Positions 52,193 to 63,403 are shown, counted from the stretch's first letter. The stretch is DNA of 64,000 nucleotides from Escherichia coli (GCF_046105845.1 NZ_CP151004.1), one strand, 5' to 3'. Numbers and translations: made by a program. The notes: generated by a model from the sequence alone, not told the origin.

Positions 52193-53383
52193 ATGAAAGA
52201 GAAGTTATGGACGAAGGATTTTTGGGCAATAACCATCATCAGCTTTATTATTTTCTTCGTCTTTTATGTTTTACTAACATTGTTGCCAATTTATATCTCT
52301 GACCGCTTGCATGCCTCTCCTGATAAAGCCGGTTTATTGGTGACTTTATTTTTAATTGCCGCCATTGTTATTCGCCCATTTGCCGGGCAATGGGTGGGTA
52401 AATACTCGAATAAAACTATTCTGGTGCTCTCTTCTCTGGCCTTTTTATTGGTCACAGCGTTGTATCCTTTTTGCCACTCAATTGAATCACTGCTTTTTAT
52501 TCGGGTGCTTCATGGTATTACCTTCGGGGTTATCACTACGGTAAAAGGAACGATTTCCGCGCGGCTGATCCCGGCCTCCCGACGTGGGGAGGGCATCAGT
52601 TTTTTCTCTCTGGCAATGGGGCTGGCAATGGTGGTCGGGCCGTGGATTGGCCTGAATATGGCGCGCTGGGAGGCCTTTAATATGGCTTTCTGGTTATGCA
52701 CCGGCGTGGCAGCGGTGGGGATTATTCTGTCGCTGATTATGACAGTGCCGCCGGTTATCAGCCATGCTGATGGTTCAACGCCGAAAATGGGCTTCGCCGC
52801 CATGTTCGATCGCGCGGCGTTGCCATTTGCGATGGTCACCTTTTTTATGACCTTTTCGTATGCCGGGGTTTCTGCTTTTCTGGCGCTTTATGCACGCGAA
52901 CTTAACCTGATGTCGGCAGCCAGTAATTTCCTGCTTTGCTACGCTATCTTCCTGATGATTTGCCGTACCTTTACCGGCAATGTCTGCGACAAAAAAGGAC
53001 CGAAATATGTGGTTTACCCTTGCCTTGTGTTCTTTACGGTAGGACTGGTGGTTCTCGGCTACACCCAGGGAAGCATAATGATGGTTGTTTCTGGCGCATT
53101 GATTGGTATCGGGTATGGTTCCGTGACGCCAGTTTTTCAGACGCAGATTATCAGTTCAGTGGAACCGCATAAAATCGGTGTCGCAAACTCCCTCTTCTTC
53201 AATGCGATGGATGCAGGCCTGGCGCTGGGAGCCTTTGTGATGGGGATGATGGTTGCACATACTGGCTACCGAATGATTTATCTGCTGGGTGCACTATTAG
53301 TGGTGGTGGCTGGTGGAGTCTATGCGCTGCAAATGAAGGGTAAAAGCGGTGTCGCGCTAGTAGTGGCAAAAGAAATTCATTAA
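52193..53383 (+). CDS. MFS transporter (probable LysR target)
   Basis: 396 aa, about 12 TM segments, divergently transcribed from the LysR gene. Confidence 0.85.
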   Translation: MKEKLWTKDFWAITIISFIIFFVFYVLLTLLPIYISDRLHASPDKAGLLVTLFLIAAIVIRPFAGQWVGKYSNKTILVLSSLAFLLVTALYPFCHSIESLLFIRVLHGITFGVITTVKGTISARLIPASRRGEGISFFSLAMGLAMVVGPWIGLNMARWEAFNMAFWLCTGVAAVGIILSLIMTVPPVISHADGSTPKMGFAAMFDRAALPFAMVTFFMTFSYAGVSAFLALYARELNLMSAASNFLLCYAIFLMICRTFTGNVCDKKGPKYVVYPCLVFFTVGLVVLGYTQGSIMMVVSGALIGIGYGSVTPVFQTQIISSVEPHKIGVANSLFFNAMDAGLALGAFVMGMMVAHTGYRMIYLLGALLVVVAGGVYALQMKGKSGVALVVAKEIH

Positions 53384-53463
53384 TACGACACGTTTCATTA
53401 AGATTTTTCGCAGGTAACCACCTATAGTCATTGTCGTTAATAAAAAATGACAGGCGATAGGGT

Positions 53464-54114
53464 ATGGCAGTTTCAGCAAAGCACGACGAATTTAATCACT
53501 GGTGGGCAACAGAGGGCGACTGGGTTGAAGAGCCTAACTATCGCCGTAATGGTATGAGCGGGGTGCAATGCGTCGAGCGCAACGGCAAAAAGCTATATGT
53601 AAAGCGCATGACGCATCATCTGTTTCATTCCGTACGTTATCCGTTCGGCCGACCAACGATTGTCCGTGAGGTTGCGGTAATTAAAGAACTGGAACGGGCC
53701 GGTGTCATCGTGCCGAAGATCGTTTTTGGTGAAGCAGTGAAAATTGAGGGGGAATGGCGCGCGTTGCTGGTGACTGAAGATATGGCGGGGTTCATCAGCA
53801 TTGCTGACTGGTATGCCCAGCATGCAGTAACGCCCTATTCTGACGAAGTACGGCAAGCCATGTTGAAAGCAGTGGCGCTGGCGTTTAAGAAAATGCATAG
53901 CGTTAATCGTCAGCATGGCTGTTGCTATGTTCGCCATATCTATGTGAAAACAGAAGGTAAGGCAGAAGCTGGTTTTCTTGATCTGGAGAAAAGTCGTCGC
54001 CGCTTGCGTCGCGATAAAGCGATTAATCATGACTTCCGCCAGCTGGAAAAATATCTGGAGCCGATCCCTAAAGCGGACTGGGAGCAGGTGAAAGCGTATT
54101 ACTACGCCATGTAA
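53464..54114 (+). CDS. inaA: InaA, Kdo/WaaP-like lipopolysaccharide kinase family protein
   Basis: 216 aa. Confidence 0.9.
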   Translation: MAVSAKHDEFNHWWATEGDWVEEPNYRRNGMSGVQCVERNGKKLYVKRMTHHLFHSVRYPFGRPTIVREVAVIKELERAGVIVPKIVFGEAVKIEGEWRALLVTEDMAGFISIADWYAQHAVTPYSDEVRQAMLKAVALAFKKMHSVNRQHGCCYVRHIYVKTEGKAEAGFLDLEKSRRRLRRDKAINHDFRQLEKYLEPIPKADWEQVKAYYYAM

Positions 54115-54123
54115 TCGTTGTAG

Positions 54124-54156
54124 GCCAGATAATACGCGTAAGCGTCGTATCTGGCG
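54124..54156. terminator. Hairpin between convergent inaA and yfaE
   Basis: 8-bp stem GCCAGATA/TATCTGGC with 17-nt loop. Confidence 0.4.
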
Positions 54157-54167
54157 CTAGTACCCGA

Positions 54168-54422
54168 TCACAACTCGATTTCAATATCGCCTTTTGCCCG
54201 GCAACAACAGGGCAAAATTTCCCCCGGCTGAATAAAGGCTAACGGTTCGGCAATCCAGTCCACCTGGCCTGCAACAAGGCGCGTGCGACAGGAACCGCAG
54301 TAACCTTCGCGGCACTGGTACTCAACCGCCACATTGTGGGATTCCAGCGCCGCCAGAAGGGAAGGGTGTTCATCCTGGCACAGCAGTTGTGTGCCAGTGA
54401 TGCGCAGGGTAACGCGAGCCAT
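54168..54422 (-). CDS. yfaE: 2Fe-2S ferredoxin for NrdB diferric-tyrosyl cofactor maintenance
   Basis: 84 aa; CREGYCGSCR cluster; 1-nt overlap with nrdB stop. Confidence 0.9.
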   Translation of the reverse strand: MARVTLRITGTQLLCQDEHPSLLAALESHNVAVEYQCREGYCGSCRTRLVAGQVDWIAEPLAFIQPGEILPCCCRAKGDIEIEL

Positions 54423-55552
54423 CAGAGCTGGAAGTTACTCAAATCGTCGGTGTCCACTTCCGAGTCAATCTGCCCGACCAGATAAGAACTGACTTCCACT
54501 TCCTGCGGAGCAACCTGCACGTTATCAGACACCAGCCAGGTATTGATCCACGGGATCGGGTTGGAGCGTGTCTGGAACGGCAGATCCAAACCGACTGCCT
54601 GCATACGGATATTGGTGATGTATTCAACGTACTGGCAGAGAATGTCTTTATTCAGACCAATCATCGAACCGTCACGGAACAGATAATCCGCCCAGTCTTT
54701 CTCTTGCTGTGCCGCCTGGACAAACAGGTCATAGCTCTCCTGCTTACATTCTTCGGCAATTTCCGCCATCTCCGGATCATCCGCACCGCTGCGCAGCAGA
54801 TTCAGCATATGCTGAGTACCGGTCAGGTGCAGGGCTTCGTCGCGGGCAATCAGGCGAATAATTTTGGCGTTACCTTCCATCAGTTCGCGTTCTGCAAAGG
54901 CAAAGGAACAAGCAAAGCTGACGTAGAAGCGGATCGCTTCCAGCGCGTTAACGCTCATCAGGCAGAGATACAGTTTTTTCTTCAGCTCGCGCAGGCTAAC
55001 GGTTACGGTTTTACCGTTAACGGTGTGGGTACCTTCGCCCAGCAGATGCCAGTAGCTGGTCATTTCGATCAGCTCATCGTAATAGCTGGAGATCCCTTCC
55101 GCACGTTTCTGGATCTGCTCGTTGGTGACGATATCATCAAACACAACGGACGGATCGTTAACGATATTACGAATGATATGGGTATAAGAACGAGAGTGAA
55201 TGGTTTCTGAGAACGCCCAGGTTTCGACCCAGGTTTCCAGTTCAGGGATCGAGATCAGCGGCAGCAGTGCCACGTTCGGGCTGCGACCCTGAATGGAGTC
55301 CAGCAACGTCTGATATTTCAGGTTGCTGATAAAGATGTGTTTTTCGTGTTCAGGCAGTGCCTGGTAATCGATACGGTCACGAGAAACGTCAACTTCTTCC
55401 GGACGCCAGAAGAAAGAGAGCTGCTTTTCGATCAGCTTTTCGAAGATGTCATATTTTTGCTGATCGTAGCGAGCCACGTTGACCGGCTGACCAAAGAACA
55501 TCGGTTCTTTCAGCTGATCATTTTTCGTCTGTGAAAAGGTGGTATATGCCAT
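54422..55552 (-). CDS. nrdB: Ribonucleotide reductase class Ia beta subunit
   Basis: 376 aa from [11 protein letters not shown]; diiron ligand motifs [10 protein letters not shown] and RDEALHL; ORF track extends 48 codons upstream into REP region. Confidence 0.95.
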   Translation of the reverse strand: MAYTTFSQTKNDQLKEPMFFGQPVNVARYDQQKYDIFEKLIEKQLSFFWRPEEVDVSRDRIDYQALPEHEKHIFISNLKYQTLLDSIQGRSPNVALLPLISIPELETWVETWAFSETIHSRSYTHIIRNIVNDPSVVFDDIVTNEQIQKRAEGISSYYDELIEMTSYWHLLGEGTHTVNGKTVTVSLRELKKKLYLCLMSVNALEAIRFYVSFACSFAFAERELMEGNAKIIRLIARDEALHLTGTQHMLNLLRSGADDPEMAEIAEECKQESYDLFVQAAQQEKDWADYLFRDGSMIGLNKDILCQYVEYITNIRMQAVGLDLPFQTRSNPIPWINTWLVSDNVQVAPQEVEVSSYLVGQIDSEVDTDDLSNFQL

Positions 55553-55574
55553 GAATGTGTCCTGTTGGGAGTTT

Positions 55575-55692
55575 AATGCCGGATAAGGCATTTTACGCCG
55601 CATCCTGTGCCTGATGCGACGCTGGCGCGTCTTATCAGGCCTACAAATCCGAGCCGTAGGCCAGATAAGGCGTTCACGCCGCATCCGGCATC
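55575..55692. repeat. REP/BIME cluster between nrdA and nrdB
   Basis: Palindromic units such as GCCTGATGCGACGCTGGCGCGTCTTATCAGGC and GCCGGATAAGGCG / CGCCGCATCCGGCA. Confidence 0.6.
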
Positions 55693-55698
55693 TCAAAA

Positions 55699-57984
55699 TC
55701 AGATCTTACATGCGCCGCTTTCGCAGCCATCGTCCTGGATTGACGGCACCAGATCGTCTTGTGCGTCTTCAGCACCGTCACGGGTGTTCTGATAATACAG
55801 CGTTTTAACCCCGAATTTGTAGGCGGTGAGCAGGTCTTTCAGCAGTTGCTGCATCGGCACTTTTCCTGACGGGAAGCGTGACGGATCGTAGTTGGTGTTA
55901 GCAGAGATCGACTGATCGATAAATTTCTGCATGATACCCACCAGTTGCAGATAGCCATCGTTACCCGGCATTTCCCACAGCAGTTCATAGGCGTCGTGCA
56001 GATGCTCGTAGTCCGGCACCACCTGGCGCAGAATACCGTCTTTCGACGCTTTGATGCTGACGTAACCACGCGGCGGTTCAATACCGTTAGTGGCGTTAGA
56101 GATCTGCGAAGAGGTCTCGGACGGCATCAGAGCAGAAAGCGTGGAGTTACGCAGGCCGTGCGTTTTGATTGACTCACGCAGTGCTTCCCAGTCGTAATGC
56201 AGCGGCTCATTAGCGATGGCATCCAGATCTTTCTTATAGGTATCGATCGGCAGGATCCCTTTCGCGTAAGTGGTTTCGTTAAACCACGGGCACGCGCCTT
56301 GCTCTTTCGCCAGCTCATTAGAGGCTTTCAGCAGGTAATACTGAATCGCTTCGAAGGTTTTATGCGTCAGGTTGTTGGCGCTGCCGTCGGAGTAGCGTTT
56401 ACCGTGCTTCGCCAGGTAGTAAGCGAAGTTGATCACTCCAATACCCAGCGTACGACGACCCATCGCTCCACGTTTGGCGGCCGGGATCGGGTAATCCTGA
56501 TAGTCCAGCAGCGCGTCGAGTGCGCGTACCGCCAGAATCGCCAGCTCTTCCAGTTCATCAAGGCTGTTAATTGCGCCCAGGTTGAAAGCAGACAACGTAC
56601 ACAGCGCGATTTCACCGTTCTCGTCGTTGACATCATTCAGCGGTTTGGTCGGCAGGGCGATTTCCAGGCACAGGTTAGACTGGCGCACTGGCGCGATGGC
56701 CGGATCAAACGGGCTATGGGTATTGCAGTGGTCAACGTTCTGAATATAGATACGACCGGTAGACGCACGTTCCTGCATCATCAGCGAGAACAGCTCAACG
56801 GCTTTCACACGCTGCTTGCGGATGCTGTCGTCTTTCTCATATTTGGTGTACAGGCGTTCAAACTCTTCCTGATCGGCGAAGAACGCGTCGTACAGCCCCG
56901 GTACGTCGGACGGGCTGAACAGGGTGATATCTTCACCTTTCAGCAGACGGGTATACATCAGTTTGTTGATTTGTACCCCGTAGTCCATATGACGCACGCG
57001 GTTGCCTTCCACCCCACGGTTGTTTTTCAACACCAGCAGGCTTTCCACTTCCAGATGCCACATCGGGTAGAACAGCGTAGCCGCACCGCCACGCACACCG
57101 CCCTGAGAGCAGGATTTCACCGCTGTCTGGAAATGCTTATAGAACGGAATACAACCGGTATGGAACGCTTCGCCACCGCGAATCGGGCTACCCAGCGCAC
57201 GAATACGCCCGGCATTGATGCCGATCCCGGCACGCTGGGAAACGTATTTAACAATCGCGCTGGAGGTGGCGTTAATGGAATCCAGGCTGTCACCGCACTC
57301 GATCAGTACGCAGGAGCTGAACTGACGAGTCGGGGTACGCACGCCGGACATGATTGGCGTCGGCAGCGAAATTTTAAATGTGGAAACCGCGTCGTAAAAA
57401 CGCTTCACGTATTGCAGGCGCGTTTCACGCGGGTAGTTCGAGAACAGGCACGCGGCAACCAGAATATAAAGGAACTGGGCGCTTTCGTAGATTTCGCCGG
57501 TCACACGGTTCTGCACCAGATATTTGCCTTCCAGCTGCTTAACGGCAGCATAAGAGAAGGTCATATCACGGTCGTGATCGATAAACGTGTCCATCTGCTT
57601 GAACTCTTCTTCCGTGTAGTCTTCCAGCAGATGATTATCGTATTTGCCCATCTCGACCATTTTCACCACGTGGTCGTACAGCGCAGGCGGCTCAAACTGG
57701 CCGTAGGCTTTTTTACGCAGGTGGAAGATTGCCAGGCGCGCGGCGAGATACTGATAATCCGGCGCATCACGGGAGATCAGGTCTGCGGCAGCCTTGATAA
57801 TGGTTTCGTGGATGTCAGAGGTCTTGATACCGTCATAAAACTGAATGTGGGAGCGCAGTTCGACCTGGGAAATCGAAACGTTATGCAGTCCTTCTGCCGC
57901 CCAATCCAGAACGCGATGGATTTTGTCGAGATTGATGCGCTCTGTGCTACCGTCGCGCTTTGTCACCAGCAGATTCTGATTCAT
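55699..57984 (-). CDS. nrdA: Ribonucleotide reductase class Ia alpha subunit
   Basis: 761 aa; N-terminal ATP-cone, C-terminal redox tail CESGACKI. Confidence 0.97.
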   Translation of the reverse strand: MNQNLLVTKRDGSTERINLDKIHRVLDWAAEGLHNVSISQVELRSHIQFYDGIKTSDIHETIIKAAADLISRDAPDYQYLAARLAIFHLRKKAYGQFEPPALYDHVVKMVEMGKYDNHLLEDYTEEEFKQMDTFIDHDRDMTFSYAAVKQLEGKYLVQNRVTGEIYESAQFLYILVAACLFSNYPRETRLQYVKRFYDAVSTFKISLPTPIMSGVRTPTRQFSSCVLIECGDSLDSINATSSAIVKYVSQRAGIGINAGRIRALGSPIRGGEAFHTGCIPFYKHFQTAVKSCSQGGVRGGAATLFYPMWHLEVESLLVLKNNRGVEGNRVRHMDYGVQINKLMYTRLLKGEDITLFSPSDVPGLYDAFFADQEEFERLYTKYEKDDSIRKQRVKAVELFSLMMQERASTGRIYIQNVDHCNTHSPFDPAIAPVRQSNLCLEIALPTKPLNDVNDENGEIALCTLSAFNLGAINSLDELEELAILAVRALDALLDYQDYPIPAAKRGAMGRRTLGIGVINFAYYLAKHGKRYSDGSANNLTHKTFEAIQYYLLKASNELAKEQGACPWFNETTYAKGILPIDTYKKDLDAIANEPLHYDWEALRESIKTHGLRNSTLSALMPSETSSQISNATNGIEPPRGYVSIKASKDGILRQVVPDYEHLHDAYELLWEMPGNDGYLQLVGIMQKFIDQSISANTNYDPSRFPSGKVPMQQLLKDLLTAYKFGVKTLYYQNTRDGAEDAQDDLVPSIQDDGCESGACKI

Positions 57985-58061
57985 GTATGTCGTACCTGTT
58001 TTTGGAATTCTTTCCGCAATAGTTTCGTGCAGACTACCTGTAGTACGGGAAGCTGCTTAGA

Positions 58062-58108
58062 ACACTATATATAGGGGGTATGTTTGGGATTCACTGCAAG
58101 ATAGTGTG
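58062..58108 (-). promoter_or_regulatory. Candidate NrdR boxes upstream of nrdA
   Basis: ACACTATATATAGGG and CACTGCAAGATAGTGTG resemble the NrdR palindrome acaCwAtATaTwGtgt; exact boundaries uncertain. Confidence 0.45.
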
Positions 58109-58137
58109 AAAATGGCCCTCTTGCAAGTGCATAACTT

Positions 58138-58146
58138 TGTGGATAA
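58138..58146 (-). promoter_or_regulatory. DnaA box in nrdAB promoter region
   Basis: TGTGGATAA on plus strand = TTATCCACA consensus on minus strand. Confidence 0.55.
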
Positions 58147-58679
58147 CTCAGGAAGGAAAAAGTGGCTTTCGCGCACCTTAGGTCAGACAAGGTGTCCGGG
58201 AAAGTCAATGGGAAGAGAAAAATTTGTTAAAAATAACTGTTCGGCGATTTCTTGAACGGAAGAATAGGTTAGATAAATTGATATAGATGGTTTATTAATC
58301 TTTTGGCTAATGATTGCAAAAATTGATCTAAGCACGAATCATCGCATAATCTGATGTATCAGTTCTGGTCAATATATAAGCGAATGTAAGCGATTGTTGA
58401 TATCGAAATGGTTGTTTTCTCTTCGGTTATTGTTAAATGCGAAGCCATTTTGTTAATTTACCTTATATTATAAGAAAATTATTCATTACTTTAATTCAGT
58501 TTAAATATAACTAATATCCCTTAAGGTGATTAACTTGAATTATGACGCACTGATATTATTCATGAAATAATAACAAAATAGCCATTGCACGGGGTTGAAC
58601 AATTTACAAAAGAAAAATAACCCATATCGTATAATGCGATTAAATATGCCGTCTTATAGAAAATGATGGTCAGATTAAT

Positions 58680-61600
58680 ATGCGGATTATTTTTCTACGC
58701 AAGGAGTATTTATCTTTACTCCCGTCAATGATTGCGTCTCTTTTCTCTGCTAACGGTGTCGCGGCGGCCATTGATTTATGCCAGGGATATGATATCAAAG
58801 CGAGTTGTCACGCCAGCAGGCAAAGCCTTTCAAGCTTTACGCAGGACTGGAGCATCGCCGATGGGCAATGGCTGGTTTTTTCGGATATGACTAATAACGC
58901 CAGCGGTGGGGCCGTATTTTTGCAACAAGGAGCGGAGTTTTCTCTATCGCCAGAAAATGAAACTGGAATGACTCTGTTTGCCAATAATACTGTCTCAGGA
59001 GAATATAATAACGGCGGGGCAATATTTGCTAAAGAAAACTCAACGCTGAATCTTACTAATGTTATTTTTTCCGGTAACGTTGCAGGTGGCTATGGTGGCG
59101 CAATCTATTCTTCTGGTACTAACGATACCGGTGTCGTCGATTTAAGTGTCACTAACGCCGTGTTTCGCAATAACATCGCTAATGACGGCAAAGGTGGTGC
59201 AATTTATACCATCAACAATGACGTCTATTTAAGTGAAGTTATTTTTGACAATAACCAGGCATATACATCAACAAGTTACAGTGATGGCGATGGGGGCGCA
59301 ATCGATGTCACCGATAATAATAGCGATATCACGCATCCGTCAGGTTTCACAATAATAAATAACACCGCATTTACAAATAACACTGCCGAAGGTTATGGCG
59401 GGGCAATTTATACCAATAGCGTGACGGCTCCCTATCTTATTGATATTTCGATTGATGACAGCTACAGCCAGAACGGCGGCGTGTTAATCGATGAGAACAA
59501 TAGCGCGGCAGGTTATGGGGATGGTCCTTCCACTGCGGCGGGCGGCTTTATGTATCTCGGCTTAAGTGAAGTTACCTTTGATATTGCCGACGGAAAAACG
59601 CTGGTTATCGGCAATACAGAGAATGACGGAGCTGTTGACTCTATTGCTGGTACCGGGGTAATCACCAAAACAGGTTCCGGCGATCTGGTACTTAATGCAG
59701 ATAACAATGACTTTACTGGCGAGATGCAGATAGAAAACGGTGAGGTTACCCTGGGTCGCAGCAACTCCCTGATGAATGTCGGCGATACGCATTGCCAGGA
59801 CGATCCGCAAGACTGCTACGGTCTGACGATAGGGAGTATTGATCAGTATCAGAATCAGGCTGAGCTAAACGTTGGCTCGACCCAACAAACTTTTGTGCAC
59901 GCATTGACGTGCTTTCAGAATGGCACTTTAAATATCGATGCTGGTGGCAATGTTACTGTTAATCAAGGCAGTTTTGCTGGCACCATCGAAGGTGCTGGTC
60001 AGCTCACCATTGCGCAAAACGGCAGCTACGTGCTGGCAGGGGCACAGTCGATGGCGCTAACCGGCGATATAGTGGTGGATGCTGGTGCGGTGCTTTCGCT
60101 GGAAGGCGACGCGGCAGATCTTGCCGCTCTCCAGGACGATCCGCAGTCGATCGTGTTAAACGGCGGTGTGCTTGATCTCTCTGATTTCGCCACCTGGCAG
60201 AGCGGCACATCATACAACGATGGCCTTGCAGTCAGCGGCAGCGGCGGTACGGTTATCGGCAGTCAGGATGTGGTGGATCTCGCAGGTGGCGACAATTTGC
60301 ATATCGGCGGCGACGGGAAAGATGGCGTCTACGTGGTGATCGATGCGGGCGACGGGCTGGTTAGCCTGGCAAACAATAATAGTTACCTGGGCACCACGCA
60401 AATCGCTTCCGGTACGCTGGTGGTGAGCGACAACTCGCAGCTTGGAGATACCCATTACAACCGCCAGGTTATCTTTACCGATAATCAACAAGAAAGCGTG
60501 ATGGAGATTACTGCCAATGTCGATACTCGCTCTACAACGACTGAGCATGGGCGTGATATTGAAATGCGCGCCGACGGTGAAGTGGCAGTTGATGCGGGGG
60601 TAGACACGCAGTGGGGCGCACTGATGGCTGACAGCAGCGGGCAGCATCAGGATGAGGGTAGCACATTGACGAAAACGGGGGCGGGTACGCTGGAGCTGAC
60701 CGCCAGCGGTACAACGCAGTCGGCGGTACGTGTCGAAGAAGGCACCCTGAAAGGTGATGTTGCGGATATCCTTCCTTATGCTTCGTCACTGTGGGTTGGT
60801 GATGGGGCAACGTTCGTTACTGGCGCGGATCAGGATATTCAGTCAATTGATGTTACTTCCAGCGGCACTATCGACATCAGCGATGGTACGGTTTTGCGCC
60901 TGACCGGGCAGGATACTTCCGTCGCACTTAATGCCTCACTGTTTAACGGCGATGGGACGCTGGTGAATGCCACCGATGGCGTGACGTTGACAGGCGAGCT
61001 TAATACCAACCTTGAAACTGACAGCCTGACTTATCTTTCCGACGTAACAGTTAATGGCAATCTGACCAATACGTCCGGTGCGGTCAGCCTGCAAAATGGC
61101 GTCGCTGGCGACACGCTGACGGTAAACGGTGATTATACCGGCGGTGGTACGCTACTGCTCGATAGCGAATTAAACGGCGATGACTCGGCAAGTGACCAAC
61201 TGGTGTTGAACGGTAATACTGCTGGCAACACGACCGTGGTAATTAATCCCATTACGGGTATTGGTGAGCCGACATCTACAGGCATTAAAGTGGTTGATTT
61301 CGCAGCCGATCCAACGCAGTTTCAAAACAATGCGCAATTCAGTCTGGCAGGCAGCGGCTACGTCAATATGGGAGCATATGACTACACGCTGGTGGAAGAT
61401 AACAACGACTGGTATCTGCGATCGCAAGAAGTAACGCCACCATCGCCACCTGATCCAGACCCGACTCCCGATCCTGATCCCACGCCGGATCCTGATCCAA
61501 CACCCGACCCGGCCCCGGACCCTACGCCTGCCTACCAGCCGGTGTTGAATGCCAAAGTTGGTGGATATTTTAATAACCTGCGGGCGGCAAATCAGGCGTT

Positions 61601-62438
61601 TGTGATGGAGCGACACGATCACGCTGGTGGCGATGGTCAGACGCTGAATTTACGTGTTATCGGCGGAGATTATCATTACACAGCAGCGGGGCAACTGGCT
61701 CAGCATGAAGACACTTCTACGGTGCAGCTTAGCGGCGACTTGTTTAGCGGGTGCTGGGGCACGGATGGCGAGTGGATGCTTGGGGCGGTTGGTGGCTACA
61801 GTGATAACCAGGGCGACAGCCGCTCGAATATGACCGGAACTCGCGCCGATAACCAGAACCACGGTTATGCCGTTGGTCTGACCTCAAGCTGGTTTCAGCA
61901 CGGTAATCAGAAGCAGGGGGCCTGGCTGGATAGCTGGCTGCAATACGCGTGGTTTAACAATGATGTTTCCGAACATGAAGATGGCGTGGATCATTACCAC
62001 TCATCGGGGATTATCGCCTCGCTGGAAGCCGGGTATCAGTGGTTACCGGGGCATGGAGTGGTGATTGAACCACAGGCGCAGGTGATTTATCAGGGCGTGC
62101 AGCAGGATGATTTTACAGCCGCTAACCATGCGCGCGTGTCACAATCGCAGGGCGATGATATTCAGACGCGGCTGGGTTTACACAGCGAATGGCGTACCGC
62201 TGTTCATGTCACACCAACATTAGATCTGAATTATTATTACGATCCCCATTCGACGAAAATTGAAGAAGATGGCAGCACTATCAGTGACGAAGCGGTAAAA
62301 CAACGGGGGGAAATAAAAGTGGGAGTCACGGGCAATATCAGTCAGCGAGTGTCCCTGCGTGGTAGCGTGGCGTGGCAGAAAGGGAGTGATGATTTTGCCC
62401 AGACGGCAGGGTTTTTGTCGATGACGGTGAAATGGTAA
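58680..62438 (+). CDS. yfaL: AIDA-I-type autotransporter adhesin
   Basis: 1252 aa; extended signal region; passenger rich in G/N/T beta-helix-type repeats; Pro/Asp/Thr linker; C-terminal beta-barrel ending in KW. Confidence 0.9.
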   Translation: MRIIFLRKEYLSLLPSMIASLFSANGVAAAIDLCQGYDIKASCHASRQSLSSFTQDWSIADGQWLVFSDMTNNASGGAVFLQQGAEFSLSPENETGMTLFANNTVSGEYNNGGAIFAKENSTLNLTNVIFSGNVAGGYGGAIYSSGTNDTGVVDLSVTNAVFRNNIANDGKGGAIYTINNDVYLSEVIFDNNQAYTSTSYSDGDGGAIDVTDNNSDITHPSGFTIINNTAFTNNTAEGYGGAIYTNSVTAPYLIDISIDDSYSQNGGVLIDENNSAAGYGDGPSTAAGGFMYLGLSEVTFDIADGKTLVIGNTENDGAVDSIAGTGVITKTGSGDLVLNADNNDFTGEMQIENGEVTLGRSNSLMNVGDTHCQDDPQDCYGLTIGSIDQYQNQAELNVGSTQQTFVHALTCFQNGTLNIDAGGNVTVNQGSFAGTIEGAGQLTIAQNGSYVLAGAQSMALTGDIVVDAGAVLSLEGDAADLAALQDDPQSIVLNGGVLDLSDFATWQSGTSYNDGLAVSGSGGTVIGSQDVVDLAGGDNLHIGGDGKDGVYVVIDAGDGLVSLANNNSYLGTTQIASGTLVVSDNSQLGDTHYNRQVIFTDNQQESVMEITANVDTRSTTTEHGRDIEMRADGEVAVDAGVDTQWGALMADSSGQHQDEGSTLTKTGAGTLELTASGTTQSAVRVEEGTLKGDVADILPYASSLWVGDGATFVTGADQDIQSIDVTSSGTIDISDGTVLRLTGQDTSVALNASLFNGDGTLVNATDGVTLTGELNTNLETDSLTYLSDVTVNGNLTNTSGAVSLQNGVAGDTLTVNGDYTGGGTLLLDSELNGDDSASDQLVLNGNTAGNTTVVINPITGIGEPTSTGIKVVDFAADPTQFQNNAQFSLAGSGYVNMGAYDYTLVEDNNDWYLRSQEVTPPSPPDPDPTPDPDPTPDPDPTPDPAPDPTPAYQPVLNAKVGGYFNNLRAANQAFVMERHDHAGGDGQTLNLRVIGGDYHYTAAGQLAQHEDTSTVQLSGDLFSGCWGTDGEWMLGAVGGYSDNQGDSRSNMTGTRADNQNHGYAVGLTSSWFQHGNQKQGAWLDSWLQYAWFNNDVSEHEDGVDHYHSSGIIASLEAGYQWLPGHGVVIEPQAQVIYQGVQQDDFTAANHARVSQSQGDDIQTRLGLHSEWRTAVHVTPTLDLNYYYDPHSTKIEEDGSTISDEAVKQRGEIKVGVTGNISQRVSLRGSVAWQKGSDDFAQTAGFLSMTVKW
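61447..61530 (+). repeat. Tandem imperfect 18-bp repeats encoding (PDPDPT)n linker inside yfaL
   Basis: Protein segment PPSPPDPDPTPDPDPTPDPDPTPDPAPDPTP; DNA repeats of GATCC(A/T)GA(C/T)CC(G/C)AC(T/G/A)CC. Confidence 0.7.
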
Positions 62439-62457
62439 TCGCTGTCTGACCGGCACT

Positions 62458-62575
62458 ATTGCCGGATGCGGCGTAAACGCCTTATCTGGCCTACGGAGAG
62501 CATTTGTAGGCCTGATAAGACGCGGCAAGCGTCGCATCAGGCATTGGCACGGTTGCCGGATGAATCCAAACAACA
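62458..62575. repeat. REP/BIME cluster between yfaL and ubiG
   Basis: GCCGGATGCGGCGTAAACGCCTTATCTGGCCTAC and GTAGGCCTGATAAGACGCGGCAAGCGTCGCATCAGGC palindromic units. Confidence 0.6.
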
Positions 62576-62578
62576 ACC

Positions 62579-63301
62579 TCACTTATTCTGCGTGTGCAGC
62601 ATATAGTTCACATCAACGCCGGGGCCGAGCTTAAAGGAATTAGTGATCGGGTTGTAATGCAGCCCAGTGATATGCCGCTCTTTTAAACTGGTCTGATCCA
62701 CCCAGCCCAGCAGCTCTGCCGGTTTAATAAACTTCTTCACATCATGCGTACCTTTGGGCACCATGCGCAAAATATATTCCGCGCCAACCACCGCCATCAG
62801 CCATGACTTGCCGTTGCGGTTAAGCGTTGAGAAAAAGACATCGCCGCCCGGTTTCACCAGTTGCGCACAGGCTCTGACCACTGACTGCGGATCGGGCACG
62901 TGCTCCAGCATCTCCATGCAGGTCACCACATCATACTGCCCGGCATGTTTTGCCGCGTGCTCTTCCACGGTTTCCTGCACGTACTCTACCTGAATGCCAC
63001 TTTCCAGCGCGTGCAACTTTGCCACCTGCAATGGCTCAAAGCCCATATCCAGACCGGTCACCGTCGCGCCTTCGCGCGCCATACTCTCGGCCAGAATGCC
63101 GCCGCCACAACCGACATCGAGCACCTTTTTGCCAAATAAACCGCCAGCACGCTCGGCAATATAGCCCAGACGCAGCGGGTTAATGCGGTGCAGCGGTTTG
63201 AACTCACCTTCAAGATCCCACCAGCGGGAGGCGACAGCTTCAAATTTAGCGATCTCTTCGTGGTCTACGTTATGGTTTACCGGCGATTTTTCGGCATTCA
63301 T
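62579..63301 (-). CDS. ubiG: Ubiquinone biosynthesis O-methyltransferase
   Basis: 240 aa from [10 protein letters not shown]; SAM motif [13 protein letters not shown]. Confidence 0.93.
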   Translation of the reverse strand: MNAEKSPVNHNVDHEEIAKFEAVASRWWDLEGEFKPLHRINPLRLGYIAERAGGLFGKKVLDVGCGGGILAESMAREGATVTGLDMGFEPLQVAKLHALESGIQVEYVQETVEEHAAKHAGQYDVVTCMEMLEHVPDPQSVVRACAQLVKPGGDVFFSTLNRNGKSWLMAVVGAEYILRMVPKGTHDVKKFIKPAELLGWVDQTSLKERHITGLHYNPITNSFKLGPGVDVNYMLHTQNK

Positions 63302-63394
63302 TGGCACTTCTACTCCGTAATTGGCAAGACAAACGAGTATATCAGGCATTGGATGTGAATAAAGCGTATAGGTTTACCTCAAACTGCGCGGCTG

Positions 63395-63403
63395 TGTTAT
63401 AAT
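63395..63403 (+). promoter_or_regulatory. gyrA promoter extended -10 element
   Basis: TGTTATAAT (TGnTATAAT) about 45 bp upstream of the gyrA ATG; TTTACC -35-like hexamer at 63372-63377. Confidence 0.5.

Noticed and set aside
56197-58074. 625-aa plus-strand ORF antisense to nrdA
   Set aside because: Embedded antisense in nrdA; composition-driven open frame without start context
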